A stretch of DNA of 61,607 nt, counting the filler. It is 4 parts of 4 records of this genome, joined end to end, with 100 filler letters (N's around TTAATTAATTAA, not from the genome) between each part and the next. Parts side by side here need not be neighbours in the genome. Positions count along the whole stretch, not along the records: positions 1 to 25,228 come from DRR723986_792; 3 more parts are not named here. One strand, given 5' to 3'. The notes under the pieces are model-generated. The model saw nothing but the letters and a program-made list of their open reading frames with translations, was not told the origin of the DNA and made no database searches. Below are positions 1 to 11,219 of this stretch, piece by piece; within the stretch, counting starts at the first letter, position 1; the number at the start of each line of letters is the position of its first letter. Both the position numbers and the translations under genes were made by a program.

Positions 1-1165
1 CGGAGTAAGGCGGGAAGTTGTAGTGCAGCAGGAAGTTTTCCTTCCGGGTGCCGTCCAGGCTGTCAATATATTGTTCGTCGTCGGACGTACCCAGCGTTGC
101 CACACAGATCGCCTGCGTTTCACCGCGGGTGAACAGCGAGGAACCGTGCGTACGCGGCAGGAAGCCGGCTTCGGCCACGATCGGGCGAACCTGGTCCAGC
201 TTGCGGCCGTCGATGCGCTCACCGGTCTTCAGGATGTCACCGCGGACCACAGCGGCCTCGGTTTCCTTGAAGGCGGCCTTGAAGGTTTCGGCGGACATTT
301 CGCCAGGCTCTTCTTCCGTACCCACCAGCGCGGCTTTGGCCTTGTCGCGGGCTTCGGCCACAGCGGCCTGACGGGCCAGCTTCTCGGTGATCTTGTAGGC
401 AGCGGAGAGGTCTCCGCCGACAATGCCCTGGATCGCAGCGACAGCAGCGGAATTGTCCACCGGCTCGAAGTCGAACGGGGCCTTGGCGGCTTTCTCGGCG
501 AGGTCGATGATCGCGTCGATCACCGGCTGCATGGCGTCATGGCCGGCGACAACGGCGCCCAGCATGATGTCCTCGGAGAGTTCCTTGGCCTGCGATTCCA
601 CCATCATCACGGCGTCGGCGGTGCCGGCGACGACGAGGTCCAGCTCGGACTCTTCAAGGTCTATCTGGCTCGGGTTGATGATGTATTCGCCATCCTTGTA
701 GCCGACGCGGGCGGCGCCGATCGGGCCCATGAACGGGGCACCCGACAGCACCAGCGCCGCGGAGGCGCCGATCATGCCGAGAATGTCCGGATCGTTCTCG
801 AGATCGTAGGACACAGCCGTCAGCACGACCTGGACTTCATGCTTGAAGCCGGACACGAACAGCGGGCGGATCGGGCGGTCGATGAGGCGCGAGGTCAGCG
901 TCTCTTTCTCGGTCGGGCGGCCTTCACGCTTGAAGTAGCCGCCAGGGATGCGGCCCGATGCGTAGTATTTTTCCTGATAGTTGACCGTCAGCGGGAAGAA
1001 GTCCTGTCCGGGCTTGGCTTCCTTCGCAAAAACGGCCGTCGCGAGGAGGACCGTGTCGCCATACGTCACCATAACGGCGCCATCGGCCTGGCGGGCCACC
1101 TGGCCCGTTTCAATCGTCAGCGTGCGGCCGGCCCATTCCAGCGACACGGATTGCTTGTTAAACAT
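1..1165 (-). CDS. pnp: Polyribonucleotide nucleotidyltransferase (PNPase), 3' part runs off the window
   Basis: Manual minus-strand translation from ATG at 1165: [31 protein letters not shown]...[30 protein letters not shown]...[12 protein letters not shown]. Lies directly downstream of rpsO. Confidence 0.97.
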   Translation of the reverse strand, partial: MFNKQSVSLEWAGRTLTIETGQVARQADGAVMVTYGDTVLLATAVFAKEAKPGQDFFPLTVNYQEKYYASGRIPGGYFKREGRPTEKETLTSRLIDRPIRPLFVSGFKHEVQVVLTAVSYDLENDPDILGMIGASAALVLSGAPFMGPIGAARVGYKDGEYIINPSQIDLEESELDLVVAGTADAVMMVESQAKELSEDIMLGAVVAGHDAMQPVIDAIIDLAEKAAKAPFDFEPVDNSAAVAAIQGIVGGDLSAAYKITEKLARQAAVAEARDKAKAALVGTEEEPGEMSAETFKAAFKETEAAVVRGDILKTGERIDGRKLDQVRPIVAEAGFLPRTHGSSLFTRGETQAICVATLGTSDDEQYIDSLDGTRKENFLLHYNFPPYS

Positions 1166-1190
1166 TTCGTCTTGTCTTTCTTCACATACG

Positions 1191-1230
1191 AAAAGCCCGC
1201 CGCGGCCCTATTGCCCGGCGGGCTTGTTTT
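1191..1230 (-). terminator. Hairpin between rpsO and pnp (terminator or processing stem)
   Basis: Stem AAGCCCGCCG (1193-1202) / CGGCGGGCTT (1216-1225), with a short T run after it on the minus strand. Confidence 0.6.
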
Positions 1231-1238
1231 GGGTCGCC

Positions 1239-1508
1239 CTAGCGGCGGATGCCCAGTTCGGTGATGAGTTTTGTATAGCGCGCCTCATCCTTGCCCTTGA
1301 CGTAGTCAAGCAGCTTTCTACGCGTTGCCACCATGGCCAGCAGGCCGCGGCGGGAATGGTTGTCTTTCTTGTTGGTCTTGAAGTGATCGGTCAGATTGTT
1401 GATCCGTTCGGTCAGGATCGCGACCTGCACTTCCGGAGAGCCCGTGTCGCCCGGTTTGGTGGCGAATTTCGTGATCAGCTCTGCTTTTTTCTCAGCGGTA
1501 ATCGACAT
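1239..1508 (-). CDS. rpsO: 30S ribosomal protein S15
   Basis: 89 aa, MSITAEKK...[16 protein letters not shown]...[11 protein letters not shown]-like motif...LGIRR. Confidence 0.98.
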   Translation of the reverse strand: MSITAEKKAELITKFATKPGDTGSPEVQVAILTERINNLTDHFKTNKKDNHSRRGLLAMVATRRKLLDYVKGKDEARYTKLITELGIRR

Positions 1509-1584
1509 CGAATATCTTTCGTACTGTCGCCTTGCGGCGGGGTTCACATAAACGCCTGATTTGGCGGGGTTTTTCGGTGGTTTT

Positions 1585-1645
1585 CGGGGTCATTGGCCAC
1601 AGCCGGGATGTCGTCCAGCAGGGTCAAGGTCCGAAGGGCCCACCT
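1585..1645 (-). promoter_or_regulatory. Putative alphaproteobacterial S15 autoregulatory leader RNA
   Basis: Minus-strand CCTGCTGGACGACATCCCGGCTGTGGCC in the rpsO 5' region resembles the conserved alphaproteobacterial rpsO leader (recalled, not searched). Confidence 0.55.
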
Positions 1646-1699
1646 CAAGCGGCGGCTTATGGCTCATTTTTAGGGGGAATGGAAGGGGGCGAGGTGAGT

Positions 1700-2099
1700 T
1701 GGGACTCCAGCCGAGAAACATGTCTGGCTGATTGTTCTCGGGCAAAGCACGCAACCCTACCAGAAGGCACTGATTTTCAGTTCCACGTGTGGCATTGCGC
1801 CGCTTGTGGGTACTGAAACCCAATACCAAGCCGTTGTTGAAACGCTCTTTGTCGTATTTTTCACGGAATATCTTGAGAGCCTCTTCTTCCCCATGCTCGC
1901 TTTCAAAGCAAAAGTAAGCCCTCAACGTTTCCCAATCATCCATTTCGTGGGATCGTTTGGTGTTGTCTTGATCAACCCAATCCAGTCGAAAAGAGTAGGG
2001 ACTCGGATCCCATTCCTCGACCTTTTCTCCAAACATCGGAAGCTGCCTGCTTAGTTCCGCGTGTTTGCTGGCTTCACGCCAGTCCGGCTTTAAGTGCTG
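1700..2099 (-). pseudogene. AT-richer C-terminal fragment of a conserved hypothetical protein
   Basis: Frame ...RQLPMFGEKVEEWDPSPYSFRLDW...DWETLRAY...GEEEAL...FSTHKR... starts right after the stop of the upstream gene with no RBS, and reads on into the rpsO leader. Composition differs from the flanks. Confidence 0.55.
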
Positions 2100-2102
2100 G
2101 GA

Positions 2103-2606
2103 TCAGTTCGGCCAACTGGCGGCCATCCGGCTCGCCTGCCGGGAAAAGAGGCCAAGGCGGCCGCCGCTTTGCTCGTCGATCCAGTCGGCGGTGCGCTGCC
2201 AGACCATGATCCTGAGGCCCGGCACTTTTGCAGTTTCCAGCTCCACCGTCTTGTGGATCATCATCCAGGTCTGCGGCGTGGCCTGAAGGTCGGCAAACGG
2301 AATGTAGAGCGGCTTGAAGAAAGGCATGGTCAGCAGGAAGGGCCGGAACAGCAGCCAGACGCCGCCCCGGTCCACATGCAGCGTCACCATGGAGTGGTAG
2401 GAATTATAGGCAACGCCCCGGCCATGCAGGATGACCGTGCTGAAACGCTTGCGCGGGCCTTCGGGTTCGGCGGCGGATCCATAGGCCTCCGCCAGCTGGC
2501 GCCAGCGCCAGCTATCGCGCCAGATTACAAAGGCCAGCGCCCCGCCGCCAACGACGAGGCCGAAGCCGAGGGCATAAAACCGCGCGAAGATTTCCACGAA
2601 ATCCAT
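2103..2606 (-). CDS. Hypothetical membrane-anchored protein
   Basis: 167 aa ORF with an N-terminal hydrophobic helix and host-like codon usage. Confidence 0.75.
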   Translation of the reverse strand: MDFVEIFARFYALGFGLVVGGGALAFVIWRDSWRWRQLAEAYGSAAEPEGPRKRFSTVILHGRGVAYNSYHSMVTLHVDRGGVWLLFRPFLLTMPFFKPLYIPFADLQATPQTWMMIHKTVELETAKVPGLRIMVWQRTADWIDEQSGGRLGLFSRQASRMAASWPN

Positions 2607-2659
2607 CGCGCCAGTATTGGGGGATCAGGCTTAAAATACGGTGGAGGGAGCTTGTAAAA

Positions 2660-3649
2660 TTACGCCGCGAACACGCGGGCCGGCTCGAACCGTCCGGCGC
2701 GCACCTCGCCCATCGCCACGGCATGGCCGTCGCAAATAACGAGGGCGGAGCGGTCATCGTCCACGCGCTCGGCCCGCCACTGTTCCACAAGGTGGGGCAT
2801 CAGCTGGATCTCGCGGCCCAGGCGCACGTTCGCCGCCTCGCCGCGCGTGATGGTGAGCTGGGGGATATCGTCAAGCACGGCCTGCACTGGCTGCAGCAGG
2901 GCGAGCAGCTCGGCCTTGTCCTCGGTCTCCTCGATTTTGGAGATCGGCACGGCCGTCGCGGCGCCGAAATTGCCGACGCGCGTGCGGCGCAACTGGCTGA
3001 TATGGCCCTCGCAGCCAAGGTCAAACGCCAGGTCCCGCGCCATGGCCCGGACATAGAAGCCCTTGCCGGAGGTGACATGGATCACCGTATGGTCCGCATC
3101 CGGCATGCCGATGACGGCGGCCTCGAACACGTCGACTTCGCGGGCCTTCAGTTCGAAATCCTCGCCCTCGCGGGCCAGGTCATAGGCGCGCTGGCCGTCC
3201 ACCTTGATGGCCGAATATTTCGGCGGCACCTGTTCGATCGTGCCGACATAGGTTTTGAGGAGCTCTTCCACCTGTTCGCGCGTCGGCCGCGCATCGGAGG
3301 TGGCCGTCGCCTCCCCTTCCGCGTCCTGGCTGGCGGTGGAAATGCCCCAGCGGATGGTAAAGACATATTCCTTCTCGGCGTCCATGGCCCATTGCACGGT
3401 CTTGGTCGCCTCGCCGAAGGCAATCGGCAGGATACCGTCTGCCAGCGGATCAAGCGTGCCGCCATGGCCCACCTTCGCGGCATTGTAGCGGCGCTTCAGG
3501 ATCGCCACGGCCTGTGTTGAGGTCATGTCCACGGGTTTGAACAGGTTCAGCCACCCGGTGACCGGATCGCCCTTGCGCTTGCGCTGTCTCGCCAAGATAA
3601 ACTCCCTTGCACCGGCCGGCGGATCGGACGCCGTGATGCGGTCTGGCAA
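2660..3649 (-). CDS. truB: tRNA pseudouridine(55) synthase
   Basis: KVGHGGTLDPLADGILP, QVPPKYSAIKVDGQRAY, GKGFYVRAMARD. The start may be somewhat downstream. Confidence 0.97.
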   Translation of the reverse strand: MPDRITASDPPAGAREFILARQRKRKGDPVTGWLNLFKPVDMTSTQAVAILKRRYNAAKVGHGGTLDPLADGILPIAFGEATKTVQWAMDAEKEYVFTIRWGISTASQDAEGEATATSDARPTREQVEELLKTYVGTIEQVPPKYSAIKVDGQRAYDLAREGEDFELKAREVDVFEAAVIGMPDADHTVIHVTSGKGFYVRAMARDLAFDLGCEGHISQLRRTRVGNFGAATAVPISKIEETEDKAELLALLQPVQAVLDDIPQLTITRGEAANVRLGREIQLMPHLVEQWRAERVDDDRSALVICDGHAVAMGEVRAGRFEPARVFAA

Positions 3650-3713
3650 AATGGAAAGCGTGGGCCTTAAGCGGGCGGCCCCCCGCCGTCAACCGGGCGA
3701 ATTGTGTTCCCGT

Positions 3714-4457
3714 TCAGGAGGCCGGCTTCATCGCCTCGACCACCTTGTCGAACAGGGCGTCCTGATGGTCGTCATCATGCCGGCGGGCAAGCTTCGGTAG
3801 CGGCGGGTCATTTTCGGCGGTGCCCAGCTCCGGCAGCGGTTTTGGCTCCGGCTCCGCCGGGCGGTCCGGTGCCGCTGCGGAACGGCCCCGCGGGGGCTCA
3901 GGGTCTGGCTGGCCCGGGGACGGGTTCGGGGATTTGAGGTTCACGATGTCGAGGTTCAGATCAAAATCGCCGATGATCGTGCGATCGTCGGTGTCCATCT
4001 TGTGGCGTACCACATCGCGGATCTTGCACAGCACGTCGCGATTATCGTCCACCAGCGGGATCTGACGCCCATCCGACGTGCCGATGACGAGGCGGAAATA
4101 TTTCTGCTTCACCCGCAGCTTCGCCGCAATCATCCCCGCCCGCAGGCCGCAGACCATGGCACCGATCAGCATCACGACGCCGATCGCCAGCATCACCATG
4201 CTGGACGGCCGGCCCGGAAGGACAGCCCACCAGCCGATGCCCATCAGCGCGAAGAACATCAACGAAACGAACGCCGTAGCATAACCCTTCTGCGTCACGC
4301 GGTTCTTCAGCGTGTCCCACGGAAAGAAGTCTTTCGCTTCCACGCTCATTGTGGCGATGCGCTGGATGGCAATCGTATCATCGCCCATCTGCAACGAAGC
4401 AGCGGAAATCTCACCCTGGCGGGCGCCTTCCATGTCGAGCGTCTGGCGATCCATCAC
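3714..4457 (-). CDS. Hypothetical two-TM membrane protein (DUF6232-like)
   Basis: Two hydrophobic segments flanked by soluble domains, and a Pro-rich C-terminal tail. Confidence 0.7.
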   Translation of the reverse strand: MMDRQTLDMEGARQGEISAASLQMGDDTIAIQRIATMSVEAKDFFPWDTLKNRVTQKGYATAFVSLMFFALMGIGWWAVLPGRPSSMVMLAIGVVMLIGAMVCGLRAGMIAAKLRVKQKYFRLVIGTSDGRQIPLVDDNRDVLCKIRDVVRHKMDTDDRTIIGDFDLNLDIVNLKSPNPSPGQPDPEPPRGRSAAAPDRPAEPEPKPLPELGTAENDPPLPKLARRHDDDHQDALFDKVVEAMKPAS

Positions 4458-4572
4458 TTGCCCCTATTCCGGGGCGCTTGCTATGGCCCCTTTTCGGCAT
4501 GTCATGAAATGCTGGCAATGTGGCCAGAGTAAGTCAACTTACATCCGGTCCAGAATACCGGACCAGCTAGGC

Positions 4573-4977
4573 CTATTCGCCTTCCACATCCCGGCGGACC
4601 TTCGGATCCATCAGGAGACGGTCGATCGCCGTGGCGTCGTCATAGGATTTGTCGGCGATGAAGTGCAGTTCCGGTGTGTAACGCAGTTCAACCTCCCGGC
4701 CGAGACGGCCACGGAGGAAACCGGCTGCCCGGTTGAGTGCATTGGCCAGTTTCGTCCGGCCCTCATCGGAGTCGTCGCCCAGCGGAGACACGAACACGTT
4801 CGCATGCTTGAGGTCCGGTGAGCAGCGTACCTCGCCGACCGTGATCATGACCTGTTCCAGATCCGGATCGCGAAAGGCTTCGCGAGAGAGAATATCAGTC
4901 AGGGCATGGCGCACGAGTTCACCCGCCCGCAACTGACGTTGCGATGGCATGCCGGGTGGGGCGGATTTGCGGGCCAT
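4573..4977 (-). CDS. rbfA: Ribosome-binding factor A
   Basis: SQRQLRAGELVRHAL...EVRCSPDLKHANVF...LRYTPELHF. Confidence 0.97.
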   Translation of the reverse strand: MARKSAPPGMPSQRQLRAGELVRHALTDILSREAFRDPDLEQVMITVGEVRCSPDLKHANVFVSPLGDDSDEGRTKLANALNRAAGFLRGRLGREVELRYTPELHFIADKSYDDATAIDRLLMDPKVRRDVEGE

Positions 4978-5504
4978 CAGGAGGGAACCTTCTCTTTGAG
5001 CCGGGCCAGGAAAGCCTGGCGCGCGGTCTTGTTCTTGCCAAACCAGGCATTCGGGATGATCAGCGGCGCTGCCCCATCCAGCCGCAGCGTAACATGCCCG
5101 CCCGATGCTGCCACATCCGTGACACTGCTCCAGGCAGCGCGTGTTTCAATACCACCACGCCGGACGACCAGACTGTCCTCTTCCAGCGCGATGCTTGTCT
5201 CCAGCCGGGTTTCCGTGCCGCGCCCATGGGCATGGCGGTAGGACCACCGGATGAAGATCAGGTACCAGGCGATGCCGGCAAAAGCTGCGACGAGGGCCGC
5301 CACAAGCCATTGCCAATACGGGCTGGCGCCCACCATGACCATGGCATTGCGGATCAGGACCGACATGCTGGCCGAGATGATCGGCGCCGTCACACCGGCA
5401 TAATAGACCGCCGTTGGCCCGACTGTGCCGCCGCGCGCCAGCCGTGTCAGTTTCCTGACATCCTTCTCGGTCAGAAGACCGGTGACGGTGAGCGGCTCAG
5501 TCAT
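4977..5504 (-). CDS. YcxB-like membrane protein
   Basis: Two TM helices followed by ...AWSSVTDV...LIIP, typical of the YcxB C-terminal domain. Coupled to rbfA by TGATG. Confidence 0.65.
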   Translation of the reverse strand: MTEPLTVTGLLTEKDVRKLTRLARGGTVGPTAVYYAGVTAPIISASMSVLIRNAMVMVGASPYWQWLVAALVAAFAGIAWYLIFIRWSYRHAHGRGTETRLETSIALEEDSLVVRRGGIETRAAWSSVTDVAASGGHVTLRLDGAAPLIIPNAWFGKNKTARQAFLARLKEKVPS

Positions 5505-5515
5505 GGAAGGCCAGA

Positions 5516-8077
5516 CTAGTCGAGCGTTCTTGCGATTTCCTCAACCTGGAAGCATTCGATCTTGTCGCCGCCCCGGATGTCGTCATAGCGCTCGAACGCC
5601 ATGCCGCATTCCATACCGGCCGTGACTTCGTTCACTTCGTCCTTGAAGCGCTTCAGCGTCTTCAGCTTGCCTTCGTGGATCACGACATCGTCGCGCAGGA
5701 GGCGGACGCCGCAACCGCGAAGCACTTTGCCTTCAGAGATCCTACAGCCGGCAACCTTGCCGACCTTGGTGATGTTGAAGACTTCGAGGATCTCGGCATA
5801 GCCGATGAAGGTCTCGCGTTTCTCCGGTGCCAGCATGCCCGACAGGGTCGCTTTCACATCGTCGATCAGGTCATAGATCACCGAATAATAGCGGATCTCC
5901 ACGCCTTCCTTCTCCGCGAGGTCGCGGGCCTGTTTGTTGGCGCGGACGTTAAACGCGAAGATCGGGGCTTCAGACGATTTCGCCAGCAGGACGTCGCTTT
6001 CGGAGATACCGCCGACAGCGCCGTGAATGACGCGGGCGCGGACTTCCTCCGTCGACAGCTTGTCGAGGGATTGGCTGATGGCTTCGACCGAACCCTGCAC
6101 GTCGCCTTTGACAACGACCGGCAGTTCGGACGTTTCAACAGCGCCCTCTTTCAGCTTGGTCAGCAGCTGATCCAGCGAAGCGCGTGCGGCAACGCCAGCC
6201 TTACCGGCAACCTGACGCTTCGTCCGGATACGGTAATCCGTGATTTCACGTGCACGGGCTTCGGTATCGACCACCACGAAGGCCTCGCCCGGATCGGGCG
6301 CACCATCGAGGCCGAGAACCTCGACCGGCTGGGATGGGCCCGCATCTTTCAGCTGTTGGCCGCGCTCGTCGACCAGGGCGCGGACCTTGCCCCACTGGGT
6401 GCCGGCAACGACGATATCGCCGCGCTTCAGCGTGCCGCGCTTCACCAGAACGGTCGCAACAGGGCCGCGGCCCTTGTCCAGCTGGCTTTCGACCACGATG
6501 CCGTCGGCATCCCGGTTCGGATTGGCCTTCAGCTCAAGCAGTTCGGCCTGAAGCGAGATCGCGTCGGTCAGCTCATCAAGGCCCATGCCGGTCTTGGCCG
6601 ACACAGCAACCGCCTGGGTTTCACCGCCCATGCTCTCAACCTGAACGTCGTGCTGCAGCAGGTCTGTCAGCACCTTGTTCGGGTCGGCCGTTTCAAGATC
6701 GCTCTTGTTCACGGCGATGATGATCGGCACACCGGCCGCCTTGGCGTGATTGATGGATTCGATCGTCTGCGGCATGACCGAGTCATCAGCCGCCACAACG
6801 ATAATGGCGATATCGGTCGCAATCGCACCGCGTGCCCGCATCGCCGTAAAGGCAGCGTGGCCCGGCGTGTCGAGGAACGTGATCCGCTCGCCCGACTTCA
6901 GCTTCACCTGATAGGCACCGATATGCTGGGTAATGCCGCCGGCTTCGCCAGAGACCACGTCCGTCTTGCGCAAGGCGTCGAGCAGCGAGGTCTTGCCGTG
7001 GTCGACGTGGCCCATGATGGTCACAATCGGCGGGCGCGGCTCCAGATCCTTTGGATCGTCCTCAACCCCTTCCAGACCGATTTCAACATCGGCCTCGGAG
7101 ACACGTTTCACGGTGTGGCCGAATTCCTCGGCGATCAGTTCGGCTGTGTCGGCATCGATGATGTCGTTCCCGCGCAGCATCTCGCCCTGCTGGATCATGA
7201 ACTTCACGACGTCCGCGACGCGCTCGTTCATCCGGCCGGCCAGGTCCTGCAGCGTGATGGTTTCAGGCAGCGTGACCTCGACGGAGACCTTCTCGCGCTC
7301 ACCGCCGCCACCACCGCGGCGCTCACGTTCACGCTCACGGGCCCGGCGCACCGACGCGAGCGAACGCTGGCGGTCGGCATCGTCGCCAAGGGCAGACGTA
7401 ATGGTCAGCTTGCCACGGCGGCGGGAATCGCCCCCGCGTGCGCCGCGGGACGGGGCTTCGTTACGCGGCCGCTCATTGCGGTCGTCACGTCCGGACTTGC
7501 CGCGCTTTCCGCGGCCGGCGCTTTCCTCAGCGGGGGCAGGCTCGCCGGGTGCCGGCTGGAAGTCCGATTTTGCACGGGAAGGTTTCGAGGCGCGCTCGGC
7601 ACGCTCTTTCTCCGCGGCTTCAGCTGCCTTGCGGGCTTCTTCCTCGGCCTTGCGGCGGGCTTCGGCCTCTTCACGCTCTTTCTGTTCCTGGAGCTTGCGC
7701 TCCTGTTCGGACCGGAGGCGCTCCTGGGCGGCCTTGTCCTTCTCGATTTCTTTCTCGCGCGCGTTTTGCTGGGCCTTGCGTTCGGCCAGCGCTTTCTGCT
7801 GCGCGATCAGCTCTGCGACGGTAATCCCGCGCTGGGCCGCGATCGCCTTCAGCTTCTGCTCAAGCGACGGCTCTGCTTTGCCGGAGCCGGATGCAGCTGC
7901 GCCGCCGCCTCCCTCAGAGCCGCCCGGACCGACCGTCCGGCGTTTCTTCGTCTCCACGACGACCTGTTTGGACCGGCCATGGCTGAAGCTCTGCTTCACC
8001 GTCCCCGAGGTCTTGCGGGAAACAGTGAGCGGCTTGCGCCCGCCCGTATTGCCACCAGTGTCTTTCGTATCGCTCAT
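5516..8077 (-). CDS. infB: Translation initiation factor IF-2
   Basis: [34 protein letters not shown] and the N-terminal VKQSFSHGR. Confidence 0.99.
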   Translation of the reverse strand: MSDTKDTGGNTGGRKPLTVSRKTSGTVKQSFSHGRSKQVVVETKKRRTVGPGGSEGGGGAAASGSGKAEPSLEQKLKAIAAQRGITVAELIAQQKALAERKAQQNAREKEIEKDKAAQERLRSEQERKLQEQKEREEAEARRKAEEEARKAAEAAEKERAERASKPSRAKSDFQPAPGEPAPAEESAGRGKRGKSGRDDRNERPRNEAPSRGARGGDSRRRGKLTITSALGDDADRQRSLASVRRARERERERRGGGGGEREKVSVEVTLPETITLQDLAGRMNERVADVVKFMIQQGEMLRGNDIIDADTAELIAEEFGHTVKRVSEADVEIGLEGVEDDPKDLEPRPPIVTIMGHVDHGKTSLLDALRKTDVVSGEAGGITQHIGAYQVKLKSGERITFLDTPGHAAFTAMRARGAIATDIAIIVVAADDSVMPQTIESINHAKAAGVPIIIAVNKSDLETADPNKVLTDLLQHDVQVESMGGETQAVAVSAKTGMGLDELTDAISLQAELLELKANPNRDADGIVVESQLDKGRGPVATVLVKRGTLKRGDIVVAGTQWGKVRALVDERGQQLKDAGPSQPVEVLGLDGAPDPGEAFVVVDTEARAREITDYRIRTKRQVAGKAGVAARASLDQLLTKLKEGAVETSELPVVVKGDVQGSVEAISQSLDKLSTEEVRARVIHGAVGGISESDVLLAKSSEAPIFAFNVRANKQARDLAEKEGVEIRYYSVIYDLIDDVKATLSGMLAPEKRETFIGYAEILEVFNITKVGKVAGCRISEGKVLRGCGVRLLRDDVVIHEGKLKTLKRFKDEVNEVTAGMECGMAFERYDDIRGGDKIECFQVEEIARTLD

Positions 8078-8137
8078 TCGTCCTACATATCACAATTCTG
8101 GCCAACGCACCCACATGGCGCGAAGGCGGTTTGTCCG

Positions 8138-8815
8138 CTACCGATCCTGATCCGTAAACCAGTCCAGCTCCGGCCTCTCCCGAAACCCGGTAAGGCGCGC
8201 ATACGCGGCCTTCAGAGCTTTGGCGAAAGGCCCCTTGCGGACGAGACCGTGTATCACACGCTCACGTCCGAATGCCATGCCCAATTCAGTCGATGTCAGG
8301 GCACCCGCAACCTGCACCTCGCTATATAGGCCTTTTGCGAGGAAATACAGCTTCGAACGGCCATCTTCTGCACCGTCAGATGCCTCCAGCATCAGTCCCG
8401 GCGGCCGTTTTTGCAGGGCCGCGTGGACCTGATCGAAGCCAAGCACCACGTCCCCGCCCTTCTTTGCCATGCCGAGAAGGCCGACAAAGCGCTGCGCCAG
8501 CAGGCCTTCCACCGTATCCGGAAGGCCATCGGGCACCTGGACGGATGTCTTGAATGCGCGGGCAAACGCATTCTTCTTCACGGCTTCCGACAGAACAGCA
8601 CGGTCTGCCTTGATCCAGACCCCGCGTCCGGGAAGCTTCTCCGCCACGTCCGGCGTCACTACGCCGTCGGGCGAAAGTCCGAAGCGCACAAGCGCTTCCT
8701 TGCCGAGACGCTCACGCGTGACGGCACACTGCCGGACGGAAGCATCGCCTCCGTCCGCAGCATTTCCTTCAGTGCCGGCTACTGCGACATCACTCTTCGG
8801 GTGCGGCTTCGTCAT
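8138..8815 (-). CDS. RNA-binding protein (YlxR/DUF448 + L7Ae-like fusion)
   Basis: RQCAVTR...LVRF...KLPGRGVW followed by an L7Ae-like half, in its usual place between nusA and infB. Confidence 0.9.
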   Translation of the reverse strand: MTKPHPKSDVAVAGTEGNAADGGDASVRQCAVTRERLGKEALVRFGLSPDGVVTPDVAEKLPGRGVWIKADRAVLSEAVKKNAFARAFKTSVQVPDGLPDTVEGLLAQRFVGLLGMAKKGGDVVLGFDQVHAALQKRPPGLMLEASDGAEDGRSKLYFLAKGLYSEVQVAGALTSTELGMAFGRERVIHGLVRKGPFAKALKAAYARLTGFRERPELDWFTDQDR

Positions 8816-10562
8816 CGCCGCCCTCCGCTGCAAGTGCTTCAAGGTCAATATCGCCAAGATCGCCGAGGTCACCGAGATCGATTTCCTCCCCAGCACCGCT
8901 GTCGAGCGTGTTGAGAGCGAGCAGGGCGCGCTCTTCCTCGGTCAGCTCCTGCGGGGCTTCGGCTTCTTTCTGGGCGGCAATCATCTGGTCGATGGCGTCT
9001 GCCTCAATCCAGCCAGCAGCGACGCGGGCCTTCATGATGAACATCTGGGCGTCATCCTTGCGCATTTCGCCCTTCTTGAGGATGCCCTCGACCCAGACCG
9101 GCTTGCCATCCGGGCCAGGCTCTCGCCAGCCGGTGATGTCATCCGGCACAAGACCGGCCACATCGTCCAGCGTCTGCACGCCTTCCTCACCAAGGCGAAC
9201 CGCGAAGGACGGGTTCATGCCTTCCAGCTCCATGACGGCATCCTCGACGCCCAGCTCCTTGCGCTTGGCGTCGTTTTCAGCGGCCAGGCGCTCAAGATAT
9301 TCGCGGGCACGTTCCTGAAGCTCGGCAGCCACATCTTCGTCGAAGCCTTCGATCGAGATGAAGTCTTCCGGGGCCACATAGGCGATCTCTTCAACCGTCT
9401 CGAAGCCTTCCGAAGCCAGCAGCTGGGCCAGCGTTTCGTCAGCGTCGAGCGCCTTCATGAACAGTTCCGTCCGCTCCTGGAATTCGCGCTGATAACGCTC
9501 GGAATCGGCGCTTTCCGTGATCAGGTCGATCTGCCAGCCGGTCAGCTGGGAGGCGAGACGCACGTTCTGGCCGCGGCGGCCGATGGCCAGCGGGAACTGG
9601 TCGTCGGCGACGACGACTTCCACGCGGCGCTCTTCCTCGTCCAGCACCACTTTCGAAACTTCGGCCGGCTGCAGCGCGTTCACGATAAAGGTCGCGTCGT
9701 CATAGCTCCACGGGATGATGTCGATCTTCTCACCCGACAGTTCGCCGACAACCGCCTGCACGCGCGCACCGCGCATACCGACACAGGCGCCGACCGGATC
9801 GATCGAGCTGTCATTGGAAATCACGCCGATCTTGGCGCGCGACCCCGGATCGCGGGCACAGGCCTTGATTTCGATCACACCCTCGTAAACTTCCGGCACT
9901 TCCTGGGCGAACAGCTTGACCATGAAGTCAGGCGCGGCACGCGACAGGAAGATCTGCGGACCCTTGGTCTCGCGGGAGACCTTGTAGAGGTATGCACGCA
10001 CACGGTCGTTCGGCTGGAAGTTCTCGCGCGGGATACCGTCATTGCGGCGGATGATGCCTTCGGCTCGGCCGAGGTCCACGATCACATGGCCGTACTCAAC
10101 GCGCTTGACGACGCCGGAGATGACTTCGCCGACGCGGTCCTTGTACTCATTGTATTGACGCTCACGCTCGGCATCGCGCACTTTCTGCATGATGACCTGC
10201 TTGGCGGTCTGTGCAGCGACACGGCCGAAATCGAACGGTGGCAGCTCTTCGGTCAGCTCGCTGCCGATCTCGAGCGACGCATCGATCTTCTTGGCTTCGG
10301 CAAGACGCAGCTGCTTGGCTTCGTCTTCGAATTCCTCGTCCGGAACCACCGTCAGGACACGCAGCAGCGTCTGTTCACCGGTCACCGGGTCGATGGTGGC
10401 GCGGATGTCATGCTCCTGGCCGTATTTCGCCTTGGCAGCCTTCTCGATGGCTTCCTGCATGGCCTCGATGACGATCGACTGGTCGATCGACTTCTCTTCG
10501 GCCACCGCCTTGGCGATCTGCAGAATTTCGAGCCTGTTGGCTGAAACGCCGATAGCGCTCAT
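8790..10562 (-). CDS. nusA: Transcription termination factor NusA
   Basis: FGRVAAQTAKQVI, ARDPGSRAKI, DPVGACVGMRGARVQ, LAIGRRGQNVRLA. Confidence 0.99.
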   Translation of the reverse strand: MSAIGVSANRLEILQIAKAVAEEKSIDQSIVIEAMQEAIEKAAKAKYGQEHDIRATIDPVTGEQTLLRVLTVVPDEEFEDEAKQLRLAEAKKIDASLEIGSELTEELPPFDFGRVAAQTAKQVIMQKVRDAERERQYNEYKDRVGEVISGVVKRVEYGHVIVDLGRAEGIIRRNDGIPRENFQPNDRVRAYLYKVSRETKGPQIFLSRAAPDFMVKLFAQEVPEVYEGVIEIKACARDPGSRAKIGVISNDSSIDPVGACVGMRGARVQAVVGELSGEKIDIIPWSYDDATFIVNALQPAEVSKVVLDEEERRVEVVVADDQFPLAIGRRGQNVRLASQLTGWQIDLITESADSERYQREFQERTELFMKALDADETLAQLLASEGFETVEEIAYVAPEDFISIEGFDEDVAAELQERAREYLERLAAENDAKRKELGVEDAVMELEGMNPSFAVRLGEEGVQTLDDVAGLVPDDITGWREPGPDGKPVWVEGILKKGEMRKDDAQMFIMKARVAAGWIEADAIDQMIAAQKEAEAPQELTEEERALLALNTLDSGAGEEIDLGDLGDLGDIDLEALAAEGGDDEAAPEE

Positions 10563-11158
10563 TGGACGTCTCCCGTCTCTTCGTTGGTATCTGTTTCGTC
10601 TTCGGTCTCGTCGATCTCCAGATCGCCGAGGTCGTCTTCATCAGGTTGCGGCGGCAGATTGCCTGCCTGCCGGGCGGCCTCGATCAGCTCATCCGTCAGG
10701 ACGAGGCTTGCCCGGCTCATTTCATGGACGTGGGCCACCAGCTCGACGTCATCGTCCAGCTCTATGTGGGCCCCGTCCTCGTCTTCGCCAGTGATCACGC
10801 CGGTGAAGCGGCGGCGGCCATCGATCGGCCGGGCCAGTTCCACCTTGGCAAGGTGACCCACCCAGCGTCCGAAATCCCCTTCCCGGGTCAGCGGCCGGTC
10901 GATGCCGGGGGTCGAAACCTCCAGCGTGTAGGCTTCCTTGATCGGGTCATCGGCTTCCAGCACCGGACCAAGGGCACGGGACAGGCGCGCGCAATCCTCG
11001 ACATCGGTCGGCGCGCCGCCTTCTTTTTCGGCCATGATCTGAAGGTGCGGCCGGCGCCCGCCCTGGATGCGCAGGCGCACGATCTCCATGCCCAGCGACT
11101 CCGCCACGGGCGTGGCGAGGCTGAGAATGCGGCGTTCCTGTTCAGTCAGGGCGATCAT
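10559..11158 (-). CDS. rimP: Ribosome maturation factor RimP
   Basis: YTLEVSTPGIDRPL, GRRRFTG. Start taken at ATG 11158. Confidence 0.96.
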   Translation of the reverse strand: MIALTEQERRILSLATPVAESLGMEIVRLRIQGGRRPHLQIMAEKEGGAPTDVEDCARLSRALGPVLEADDPIKEAYTLEVSTPGIDRPLTREGDFGRWVGHLAKVELARPIDGRRRFTGVITGEDEDGAHIELDDDVELVAHVHEMSRASLVLTDELIEAARQAGNLPPQPDEDDLGDLEIDETEDETDTNEETGDVQ

Positions 11159-11180
11159 GCGTCCGGGACAGACCTTCGGG

Positions 11181-11219
11181 TAAAGAAAAGCGGCGGCCCC
11201 GTTCCCGGAACCGCCGCCG
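11181..11219 (-). promoter_or_regulatory. rimP-leader attenuator hairpin
   Basis: Minus strand GCGGCGG-TTCCGGGAACGGGG-CCGCCGC-TTTTCTTT, a terminator-like stem about 25 nt before the rimP start. Confidence 0.65.

Noticed and set aside
7300-7800. Low-complexity repeats in infB
   Set aside because: This is the normal Glu/Arg/Lys/Ala-rich IF-2 N-terminal region.
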